Shown here: in pieces, positions 37,103 through 47,400 of the stretch | Numbering within the stretch: the stretch's first letter is position 1 | Layout: each line of letters opens with the position of its first letter | IMG/VR virus record: IMGVR_UViG_3300043015_002491 | Location: 58,510-122,509 of that record | Source: a virus | Direction: 5' to 3' (one strand) | Length of the DNA stretch: 64,000 nucleotides | Position numbers and translations under genes: made by a program | The notes under the pieces: model-generated | The model's input: the letters and a program-made list of their open reading frames with translations, nothing else | What the model was told of the DNA's origin: nothing | The model's database searches: none

Positions 37103-39913
37103 TTAAGCTTTTAATATTGTTAAATTATAAGAAACTGAAAAATCTGCACATTTTTCTTGCCCCATTTGTCTAAGTTTATATAACACATAAAAGAAATTAG
37201 TGTCATAATTAATATTATTTATAAAATGTTGATAACCTCTTGGTGTTAATTTACAACCATAACCATCTTTATTAGTATATGGGTCTGTAATAACTGTAGG
37301 GTTAACTAAACCAGTCCTAGTTGGACACCAACAGCTGTCAGCTTCATTAACAACTCTTAAATTACCGTTTGGGTCTTTAAATTTAAGATAGTATTCACCG
37401 TTAAACAAATACATGTCATTAATATTTGGTGACACTAATTCCCATTGACAAGATAAATCACAACCACAACCATTTTGTTGGTTATCATCACTAATACCTG
37501 GTGATAGACAACACACATAACCACTATCAAGTTTACTCCAAGTAAAATCAGATGTTACATAATCTAAAAGTGTACCACCGTTACCTAAATGGTATGATAA
37601 AGTTGTACTATTAGTATAAACCCTATTAAAGGTTTCATGATAATAAGGGTTACCGTTAGCCCTTGTTTCACAACAAGTTTTTGGTCCAAACATACTATAT
37701 CTAAATGAGTTTGGGTGACCATAGAAATCGTATAACGTATATTTCCATTGGTAGTAATTATAATTATAAATTGTATTTGTATTATATTTTGAATTAAGAT
37801 ATCCAAAATTTAAATCTGTTGAATAACAATCAGCTTTTGTACCTTCACAGTTAGGTTTTAGTCTCTCAAAATTAATTATAAGTGAATCATCATCTTCAAT
37901 TGGTTCACAACCACAATCAGTTAATTCAACTTGTGGACAAAAATCATTAATAACATTAGTATCTAATAAAACTACATTTGATAAATCAGACCCATCTAAA
38001 GCTACTGGGTCAACATATGTATTACCACTATAATTATTTATTAAACCATTATTATAGTTATTGAACAACTGAGTAACACCACTAGTTACAGTAGTTGATG
38101 TAATCGTAAACGCACTAAAATTAGGTATAATATTTTCTAATTGTGCTATATATTCATAACCACTATCATATGGCCCAACATGGGGATTATTACCTATTAG
38201 AGTATATTGTGTTGCAGCTGAACCAGCGGTTTCTCTATACCATCCACCACCTTTCTGGAAGTACATATCTCTAGTATTCCTAAAGAATTTAGGGTAACCG
38301 TCTGCATCAACATTGTAAAGACTTAAATCGTTTGGTAAATTATTGTATTTTAAAACTTTATAGAATAAATCCATATCGATTGGTTCTTTAGCAACATAGA
38401 CGTGTTCATTAAAATCTATAAGACCATCTGGTGTACCAATAAGTTTAAAAAAGAACTCTATTGGGTTTCTAGTACCCTTTGATTTCCATATATGGGCTGA
38501 GTTAAGTATAAGTCTTCTCCAAAGCTCTACTTCAGCTTCATTAGGTGAAAGACCTCTAGAGTGTCCTGGATATGTGTTACTACCTAATTTAAGGTAATTA
38601 TTTATTAAATCATTTTCAACTAAAGATGATGTTAATTCCCAACCTAAAACTCTGGCTAAGTATTTAACTAATTGGTCTGGTGTATTCGCTAATTTATTAT
38701 AAGTAACAACATTTGCAAATGAAATACCATCAATATATTTTTTAATTTCATCATACTCTCTACCGTAAATCTTAAGAGTCTTGTTCATCTTTTGACCAGC
38801 AGTTTCTTCTTCACTACCATCACATCTAGGTATAGTGTCAAAGTCAGAAATACTTTCAGATGTTAAGAATCTAACCATTAAATTTGTTTCAATACCATCC
38901 TTACCATTTGTGATTTGTATTAATTCACTAACAAATCTAGTGTATTCACTTGTATTAAAATCTATGTTATATCCATCGGATACTGGCCATGTAAGAGTTT
39001 TATTAGCGGTAACGATACTACCATCATCAACTTCAACCTTATAAACATATTTTGATGTATATTTAGGATTAGATAACCTATTTAATAAATAAGATTCGTA
39101 TTCGTTTAACGAATTAAAAAATTCCTCTTCAAGTTCACTCTTAGGTTTAATATGATATTCTATAGTCGATGAACTAACAACTGTTGGGTCAAATGGATTA
39201 CCATCAACCGAAAAATATAATGTATCATTAAGTTGATTAGTGGAACCAGTAAAACCTATAATAGGATATTCAATATCATTTATGTAAATTACATAATCAA
39301 AATAATTCGTAGTAAGGTTTCTTAAATCATTTTCTTCATTAAATGTATCTAGTATTGTACCATTTTTCTTATAATTAATATCGAACTTATTAATTATAAA
39401 ATTAGTATTAACACTAAATTTAGATTGATTAGTATTTAAATCAAAAGTATAATTAGAGTATGTATTACCAATAACCGTCTTAATACCGTCAGTCCTAAAT
39501 GGATTTAAATATAATGATGCTGGCCAATTACTTATTATCTTCTCTAGTGAAACTCTAACAAATTCAGTAGCTGAACCAAAATACGCAAAATTAGATAAAT
39601 TAGTCTTATCAATATTTATCGTTGTGTTAATATTATTATTAAGTAATGTATTAACCCTTTTATCATCTAATTTAAGAGTTTCAAGCGAATAAAAATTGCT
39701 AAATTTTTTAGTTGAAAATATTCTACTTAATCTACCTTCGTAATTTACTGTTGTAACAAAGTTACCAAACGTGAAGGTAGAGTTAGTACCATCAGCATCA
39801 CTTGTTAATTGATTACCAACTAAATCATCACTAAAATTTCTATACTCAATTCCATTATCATAAAATACTCTTTGAGCATATCCAACTACTTTTATTCTAT
39901 CACTACTAGGCAT
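37103..39913 (-). CDS. Baseplate wedge protein (P2 gpI / T4 gp7-like domain)
   Basis: PDQLVKYLARVLGW...WRRLILN...KSKGTR..IEFF..LIG. Confidence 0.7.
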   Translation of the reverse strand: MPSSDRIKVVGYAQRVFYDNGIEYRNFSDDLVGNQLTSDADGTNSTFTFGNFVTTVNYEGRLSRIFSTKKFSNFYSLETLKLDDKRVNTLLNNNINTTINIDKTNLSNFAYFGSATEFVRVSLEKIISNWPASLYLNPFRTDGIKTVIGNTYSNYTFDLNTNQSKFSVNTNFIINKFDINYKKNGTILDTFNEENDLRNLTTNYFDYVIYINDIEYPIIGFTGSTNQLNDTLYFSVDGNPFDPTVVSSSTIEYHIKPKSELEEEFFNSLNEYESYLLNRLSNPKYTSKYVYKVEVDDGSIVTANKTLTWPVSDGYNIDFNTSEYTRFVSELIQITNGKDGIETNLMVRFLTSESISDFDTIPRCDGSEEETAGQKMNKTLKIYGREYDEIKKYIDGISFANVVTYNKLANTPDQLVKYLARVLGWELTSSLVENDLINNYLKLGSNTYPGHSRGLSPNEAEVELWRRLILNSAHIWKSKGTRNPIEFFFKLIGTPDGLIDFNEHVYVAKEPIDMDLFYKVLKYNNLPNDLSLYNVDADGYPKFFRNTRDMYFQKGGGWYRETAGSAATQYTLIGNNPHVGPYDSGYEYIAQLENIIPNFSAFTITSTTVTSGVTQLFNNYNNGLINNYSGNTYVDPVALDGSDLSNVVLLDTNVINDFCPQVELTDCGCEPIEDDDSLIINFERLKPNCEGTKADCYSTDLNFGYLNSKYNTNTIYNYNYYQWKYTLYDFYGHPNSFRYSMFGPKTCCETRANGNPYYHETFNRVYTNSTTLSYHLGNGGTLLDYVTSDFTWSKLDSGYVCCLSPGISDDNQQNGCGCDLSCQWELVSPNINDMYLFNGEYYLKFKDPNGNLRVVNEADSCWCPTRTGLVNPTVITDPYTNKDGYGCKLTPRGYQHFINNINYDTNFFYVLYKLRQMGQEKCADFSVSYNLTILKA

Positions 39914-39917
39914 AAGA

Positions 39918-40829
39918 TTACACGTTTGTTATATCATTAAATTCTTTACCAAAATCAATGTTATTAAGTCTGTTTTCTCTAACTTCAAATAATGGTTTAC
40001 CATTAAATCTATCTTTGATTTCGTATAAATTGTATTGTTTATAAATATTATCTTCAAAGTTATAAATAGTGTAAATACCATCTTCAAGACTCTTAGTTTG
40101 GTTACCGAATAACCCAATAGCAAGTGTTTCAATATCGTACTCAACCATTTCAATTTCAATAACAAATGGTGAGAAGAAAGTGTTAGTTATAATAACGTCC
40201 TGGTCTGGTGAACCAATAAACGGTAATGTATTTGGTTTAACATTACTTGGAGATGAGGGTGTTACAGTACAAAAAACTAAATTAGAATTATCATTAAATC
40301 TATATCTAATAGCTTTTTGATTAACATTTGTTAAGTTTTGATTCACTGGTTCAGCTTTATTGTTAGAAGTTACTATTCTAAAGAAATTAGGTATTTTCTT
40401 ATCGTTAGCTGCTGAATTAGTTGTTAAATACTCTATCCTATAACCAATTAAACCATTGTTTTGGAACTTCTCTAAAAATGGAGCAAGATTTGTATCCGAT
40501 GTATCGAATAAGATACCCTTTATATCTGGATATGCTGATAACACACCACAATCTATTATTTTAGTTCTAATTTCAGTAGGTTTAAATACAATTGTATAAA
40601 TACCCTTAGCACCAAAATCAGTTACTGGTAATTTAAGATTGTAAAGACCACCAAATATCTCAAACCCACCACTACTATTTGGGTTATTTATTGGGATTAG
40701 GTTACTTGAATCTAATTTAAAAACTGATGTGTTAGCGTTTTCTCTATTTTTTGAGTAAAACACAGTCATCTCCACATCTTGTGGTGACATATCTGCTGGT
40801 CTTACCGTACCGTATACTCCTGTTGCCAT
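39918..40829 (-). CDS. Putative structural protein
   Basis: 303 aa in baseplate block; ATATTTAT at 40855-40862. Confidence 0.65.
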   Translation of the reverse strand: MATGVYGTVRPADMSPQDVEMTVFYSKNRENANTSVFKLDSSNLIPINNPNSSGGFEIFGGLYNLKLPVTDFGAKGIYTIVFKPTEIRTKIIDCGVLSAYPDIKGILFDTSDTNLAPFLEKFQNNGLIGYRIEYLTTNSAANDKKIPNFFRIVTSNNKAEPVNQNLTNVNQKAIRYRFNDNSNLVFCTVTPSSPSNVKPNTLPFIGSPDQDVIITNTFFSPFVIEIEMVEYDIETLAIGLFGNQTKSLEDGIYTIYNFEDNIYKQYNLYEIKDRFNGKPLFEVRENRLNNIDFGKEFNDITNV

Positions 40830-40864
40830 ATTATTATACTTTTTTCTCTTTTATATAAATATCC

Positions 40865-41797
40865 TTATTTCATTATTTTATAAAAACCATTACCATAATT
40901 AACTAAATCATTTAAACTAGTTATTTCAGCTAACTGCATATGGCTTTGGTATACTGTTGCTCTACCTCTATCAATAAAAACATCACTATAAACTGTTGGT
41001 GTGGTAGTTATACCGAAAAGATATTCTTCTCTAGTCATTGCTGATAAGGATGAATTAGTTTCATTAAAAGCTTGCCCTTTGTAAAATAGTTGTGTAACAT
41101 CTATTGGGAATTCACCATATATATCATTACTAACAAACCTAGTACTACCAGTATAAGTCCTAAAGAAAAGACCTAATTGTGGGTCTGGGTTGGTTAGGTT
41201 TATAACTTCTAAATCATCACCACCTATTACATAATTTATAGGATTTAAATTATTGTCACTAATAACTCTATCAACACTAGTATATGTATTACCTTGATAA
41301 TCATCTACTATTTCACTAGACATATTAAACATAGGTATGTATTTATTGACTAAATCATAAGACTTAACTTCATCAATTCTATCGTTAGTATAAGCACTAA
41401 TACTAATACCTGGTTCAAAATAATTATTTAATGGTTTATTTGGCCATCTAATGTCTGGTTCATATATATTTTGACTAATTAATGGAACTGGGCTATAATT
41501 ACCCATAAATGGAAAATTTAAACCTAAATTAGTCAGTTTAGTATTTAATTCCTTATACGATTTAGGGTCTAAAGGTAATCCATCGTAAGCTTCGTACTCA
41601 ATGTCCTTTGCTATACCCATATCATCAGTATCTTGAGTGATAAATACGTTTATCGTAAAAGCTTTATCTATTAAACCTTTAGAATTTATACCATTAGCGA
41701 AAGTGTTACCAGATAAAAACCATCTATATGTCCCCCAAGTAGCTTTATCTCTACTAACATAATCTTCAAGTAATATTTTTTTCTTATATATTTGCAT
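40865..41797 (-). CDS. Putative structural protein
   Basis: 310 aa; C-terminal SDVFIDRG...YGNGFY. Confidence 0.65.
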   Translation of the reverse strand: MQIYKKKILLEDYVSRDKATWGTYRWFLSGNTFANGINSKGLIDKAFTINVFITQDTDDMGIAKDIEYEAYDGLPLDPKSYKELNTKLTNLGLNFPFMGNYSPVPLISQNIYEPDIRWPNKPLNNYFEPGISISAYTNDRIDEVKSYDLVNKYIPMFNMSSEIVDDYQGNTYTSVDRVISDNNLNPINYVIGGDDLEVINLTNPDPQLGLFFRTYTGSTRFVSNDIYGEFPIDVTQLFYKGQAFNETNSSLSAMTREEYLFGITTTPTVYSDVFIDRGRATVYQSHMQLAEITSLNDLVNYGNGFYKIMK

Positions 41798-42732
41798 TAT
41801 GATGAGCTTATTTCGTATAAATTAACAGTTATTGTATTTGTAGAATTATTTACATTACTTGAATAGGTATCACTTATTTGATAATAAAAACCATTAGTAT
41901 CCCTTTGTAAATCATATCTAGTATGTAAATTATTTAAATTACTAGTACCAATAGTTGTATTAGCTATATCATCAATCGTGTTATTAGGGTTATTAGATGA
42001 CATAAGCTTTGTAGTTTTACCAGTCTTAGCGTTGGCAAACGTAGCTTTCATATAAACACTTTTAGGTACTGTTGGTAATATCTCATCCTTAAAATAATAT
42101 AAGAAAAACCCTTCACCATTTAAATTTCTATCTAATATAGGGTTACCAAGTGTGAATGATACTTCATAATTACTTGGGTCTGGTACATCACCAGCAGAAC
42201 TTAAATCACTAGGCATGAATTTTGGGAATAAAGTTATAAAGAATAATAATCTTTGACTTGTACCTATATCACTATCATAGAAATCCAATCTAAGAAATGA
42301 CTTAGTGAATGAATTCTTTCTTAACTCAAAATCACTATAAACAAATTTTCTATCAATATCACCTAAATCATCACCCCACATACTATTAACACCATAAGTT
42401 AATGGTGAAAGTAATGCACCAGTATTAACATCTCTATCTAAGAATCTAACCTTATACGTTAACCCTTCACACCTATTATTGTTGATTAATCTAGGTATCA
42501 ATTTAACTTTTTCATAATCAAAAATATCATTAATAGAGTTTTCAACTTCAACATCAACAAAATTTTTATCAATAATTTCTTGCTGACCAGCTAACCAAGG
42601 TGCTTGACTTATAGGTACATTAATGGCGTTTATGTTACCATACTTAAGTTCACCAGTACTTGGGTCAACAGTAACAGTAGTACCAGTTAAATTTTTTAAC
42701 GCTATTTTATAGTTATTAACATATATCATCAC
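41797..42732 (-). CDS. Putative structural protein
   Basis: 311 aa; SFLRLDFYDS, YMKATFANAKTG. Confidence 0.65.
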   Translation of the reverse strand: MMIYVNNYKIALKNLTGTTVTVDPSTGELKYGNINAINVPISQAPWLAGQQEIIDKNFVDVEVENSINDIFDYEKVKLIPRLINNNRCEGLTYKVRFLDRDVNTGALLSPLTYGVNSMWGDDLGDIDRKFVYSDFELRKNSFTKSFLRLDFYDSDIGTSQRLLFFITLFPKFMPSDLSSAGDVPDPSNYEVSFTLGNPILDRNLNGEGFFLYYFKDEILPTVPKSVYMKATFANAKTGKTTKLMSSNNPNNTIDDIANTTIGTSNLNNLHTRYDLQRDTNGFYYQISDTYSSNVNNSTNTITVNLYEISSS

Positions 42733-44446
42733 TTCTATTAATTAAATAGTCATCAGTTATACTATCACCTCTTGGGTCCGCTGGGTCATAATTATTTTCG
42801 TCTAAATCACCAGCATAATATAGACCATAATTATTGAATGGGTCTTGTCTCATAGTTTTAAAACACAAATTAGTGTGAATATAATGAGTACCATTAGTAA
42901 ATGGATAGTCTAATAAATCATCTTCACCATCAAATACCCCAATATCTAACAGGTCTCTCCATAAATATCTACCATCACCTAAATCTGCGGCATAATCTGG
43001 TATTCCAGCCGTAAATTCATTACCTTGTTCAACGTAAAGTGAAAATTCTTTAATTTTAATCCTATGATGTGGTTTATAAAGATAACCTTCCCTTCTAGGC
43101 CCACCTGGTCTTGAACCAGATGATGCTGTTTCTCTATTAATAGTATTAAATCTATGTAATACATCAGTTAACACTATTTCTCGTTGTTCAAGTCTATTAA
43201 ACTCTACGACATCTAAATAATAATCATTGTCATTAACTGTTAGGTTATTTTCTAATGGTATATGTGTTTGAAATGGTGTATTAGAACCATCATGTATTCT
43301 TCTAATATTAGATAAAGTTGTTATCGTTAAATTATCATTTATAAATTCTAAATCAAGTCCAGATTTAACTTTACCAAAAACAGGGTTATTTTTAACTTTA
43401 CTATCCGTTTTTATAAAGGTAATAAACAATTCGCTAAGTGGTCTACCAAGATTGTCGGTTAAACCAGCTATATCAATATCTTCTGTAATTGCTAATTGGA
43501 ATACTTGGTCATTAAAAACTGAATTACTAAATGCTAATGGATATATTTCATAATCATCCTTATTAAGCATAAGATTCTTAACCTTTCTAAGGTAATATGT
43601 TGATAACTCACCATTATAATTTCTTCTTAATCTACCACTTAAAGAATTAGATATACCTACTGGGTCAACATCAATGACAAAATAATTATATTTATAATCC
43701 CCATTATCTAAACCAAGTCTTTCAACTTTAAAAGTACCATTTAATTGAAGATAGGACATGTTGTTTAGTGTTACCCTATCACCAGTGGTTAACCCATGAT
43801 ATGTTGAAGTAGCTAAGGCAATCATTGCTCTACCACCAACCTCAACTGGTCTTGAGTTAATTATTAATAAACCACCATTTACACTGTCATGTGTATCATC
43901 TGAATCGTATGGATAAGTTATTAGTATATCCCAATTTTTATTAACATTAGAATTTAAATCAAACCTTTTTCTAGTAGGTTCCATATCATAAAATCTACAT
44001 ATACCAGTCTTTGTAACATCTGGGTCATAAAAACCAAACCAACCATCATTTTCAGTTAAATTTATATTAACCGATTCTTTATAATTATATTTAATATCAT
44101 TTAATATTTCATCAAAAGCATTCATCTTAAAAATATCTTCATCAAATGTTGCAAATGAATTATTATTTTCATTAGGAGATACATTATTAAAATCAGTACC
44201 TAGATAACCTATACTATTAACGTTAAATAATGGGTTACTAAAAATAGGATTGATAGTAAAAATAAGTCTATAAAGGGTAGATGCATTTCTTTCTTTATTA
44301 AATTCTTCACCTACATCTATAACATGGTTAATTTCACCTGGTGGTAATAGTTTTCTCTCACCATCAAAATTAACACTAACAAAACTATTTTTGTTATTAT
44401 CTTTTTTAGATGTAAACTTTTTTAACCTATATTTTCTTCTATCCAT
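42716..44446 (-). CDS. Putative structural protein
   Basis: 576 aa; ERNASTLYR, DNLGRPLSELF, WRDLLDIG, YPFTNG. Confidence 0.65.
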   Translation of the reverse strand: MDRRKYRLKKFTSKKDNNKNSFVSVNFDGERKLLPPGEINHVIDVGEEFNKERNASTLYRLIFTINPIFSNPLFNVNSIGYLGTDFNNVSPNENNNSFATFDEDIFKMNAFDEILNDIKYNYKESVNINLTENDGWFGFYDPDVTKTGICRFYDMEPTRKRFDLNSNVNKNWDILITYPYDSDDTHDSVNGGLLIINSRPVEVGGRAMIALATSTYHGLTTGDRVTLNNMSYLQLNGTFKVERLGLDNGDYKYNYFVIDVDPVGISNSLSGRLRRNYNGELSTYYLRKVKNLMLNKDDYEIYPLAFSNSVFNDQVFQLAITEDIDIAGLTDNLGRPLSELFITFIKTDSKVKNNPVFGKVKSGLDLEFINDNLTITTLSNIRRIHDGSNTPFQTHIPLENNLTVNDNDYYLDVVEFNRLEQREIVLTDVLHRFNTINRETASSGSRPGGPRREGYLYKPHHRIKIKEFSLYVEQGNEFTAGIPDYAADLGDGRYLWRDLLDIGVFDGEDDLLDYPFTNGTHYIHTNLCFKTMRQDPFNNYGLYYAGDLDENNYDPADPRGDSITDDYLINRSDDIC

Positions 44447-44451
44447 TATAA

Positions 44452-47400
44452 TTATATTTTTTTACTAACTGCTTTACATGTTGCTGGTGGTAAACAAAAA
44501 GTTGGTATAACTGAATTATAACTTTCTACCAAAATTGAACCATTAACCCATTTCTCACACTTAACCGATGGGTCATTAAATTCATAAGAAATAACCTTAA
44601 CCTTATACTCTCTATCCCAATCCAAAACATTATTTAATGTAGAAATAACATTACCATTAGAATCTATTACGTTATAAGTAGATGGGAATGTATAACTAAC
44701 GCTTGGCCAACCAGTAAACGGATTTTTAATGTCTAAATTTGGTTGATTAAATGTTAAGTTGGTTCTATCCCAGGTTCCACCACCTTTTCTAGTCCATATC
44801 TCAAACTTATATCTACCATATCTAGTACCAGTACCTGTATTAAATGAATTTCTACTAGCGTATGTATCACCCCATCCACCATCAAAATCTTTAACTTCAA
44901 TTTTTAAATTTTGACATGGTGAATTAAGATAATCTGGAATACAACCTTGTATAGGGTCGTCATACCATTCAACTTTTAAAGGTTTTATTTCATTTATTCT
45001 ACCGCCAATAAGAGCTGAGTATGGACCTAATATTTCTACTTCTATTTCCTCTTCACAATCATTTTCATCTTTAACTTTAATTTTTAAGTTACCACCACCA
45101 TCATTTAAACTTGATGAGTATAAATTATTTAACACTTGCCACCCGCTACCACTTGGAAGTGGTGAGTCATTTAATAAAGTATTATTTGGGGCTGCACCAT
45201 TAATGGTAACTTCGTAATTACCAGTACCACCAATAACTTTATATTCTAAATAACCATCATTACCACCATAACAAGAAATATTTTTCTTGTTCTGAGTAGA
45301 TATTTGAATTTGTGATGGTTCGTTAATTGTAAATGATTGACTAACAGTTTGACCAGCAGCATCGGTATAAATCACATCATAGGTACCTTGACTAAAATCA
45401 TTTATTAAATTAAAACTTTGATATACCCCACCACTATCAGTACCGTAACTACCTAGCACTAAATTACCAGCAGAATCTTTCCATTCAATTTTTGGTGCTG
45501 GATTAGTACCTTGAACACCTCCAGTAACATTTAATGAAGCTATACCATCATCAGCACCAAAACATGTTATATCAGTAGTATTTAACGTAATAATTGGTAA
45601 ATCTGGTTCTTTAATGATAACACTACTTTGACATTGAGTTTGTACATCACCACTATCCTTAACAACTATTGTATATTCCCCAGCAATTAATGGTTTAGTG
45701 TTATCACCAGTTACAGTCACTGAACTTTGGAAAGTACCACTAGTAATTAAAATATTATTTGAATCAAATATTTCGTAAATATAGTCTGGTAGGCCTTGAG
45801 AAGCGTTAATTGTTATAACACCATCATTAGAACCTTGCTGACTTGCTGGTTGTGAATCAATAAAACAAGTAACACCTTGGGGTCCTGGAACTGTAAATGA
45901 ACAATTACTTTCATTACCTATAGAATCTAATACTTTAACACTATAAACCCCACCAAATAAATTATCAATTGTTGGTTGGTCATCAACTAATGGGTATTGT
46001 ACTATATTACCACTTATGGTCACTGTAGGTCCAGTCCATTTATAAGTGTATGGTGGAACACCACCAAGCATTTCAATTGTTATTTTACCAGTACCGTTAT
46101 TAGGGTCGTCATCATCATTAACTAATTCTTTAACTATACATGTAAAGTCTACTTCTTGTTCAGTTATACATGGTACAAAGTATTTTCTTTTCATTTTTTG
46201 TAATGCTGTTTTACCTGGTATTAAACCAAAGTAAAAATAAAATGAATTTTCATATTGCCAAACATCATTATTAGTTATAGGACCTCTAAAGTTTTCATAA
46301 TTTTTATCTTGTAGAACAGAATTACTAGTAGGGAAGATTGATGTAATAGTTGGTGCCTTATCAAAATATACGAATGGTATACTATTTGGTACTACTGTTG
46401 GATTCCCTGGGGTTACAACAGGAGTTAAACCATTTACATAAGCAAACGTACCTCTAATAAACGCATTATCAACATCTGTATTTGTTATTTTATCATCAAC
46501 TGTTAATATACTACCAGAATTATCTTCTCTAAGCTCATCTAAACCAACACCAAGCTCACAAAGTCTTCTAATGTTAGTGGTATTATCTTTATTAGTTATA
46601 ATCCCAATACATGTTACAGAAGCTATAAGTGAACCTGGGTTAATAAATCCATCGGTGTCAAAACCACTTACTTCAATAACACCACTTTCTTCCCACTTAC
46701 CTGTACTAGCATTGTATACAGTTTCTTCATATTCTGATGTAAGCGGTGGTTTATTAAAAGTAGTGTCTACGAATGAATCATACACTTTTGGTATACCTTC
46801 CCAATCACAATCTGACATTGAACCAAGACTAACAATATCAGTAGCCCATAATTTCATATTAGATGTTCTGGAGTAAGCAGCATAATAAAATTCATCACCA
46901 AATTTCTTTATATAACCTTCTTTAGTTTTAACATGTCTTCTACTGTTAACACCTATAGGGTTAGGTGTAGTGTCTGCAACAAATTGAGGCCATCCAATGG
47001 TACCAGAATCAACAATATAGTTAGTTTTACAATTATTATCTGAACCCGATTTTTCACAATTAAAGTCACAATATTTTTCTTTATTACCACTTTTCTTAAC
47101 TTTAAGTTTATACTTAAGTAAAAATGAATAAAGAGTACCGTTTATCCAATCATTATAAAAATCAAATTTAAAAACATTTAATTGTTCAGCCAATTGTATA
47201 GCCACACAATTACTCCAACCAGCATCACCTGGTGGTATTGTATCAAAAAATTTATGGCCTGGGTCACCATCATCTGGATAATGAAATTGTAAAGCACTAC
47301 CATTTGGTGGTGGTGATGGACATGAATTCTTCTCGCTTGGTTCGTCATTTGAAACTCCAGTGAATTTTTGAGTTGCCTCCCAAGTTTTGGTATATGGGAA

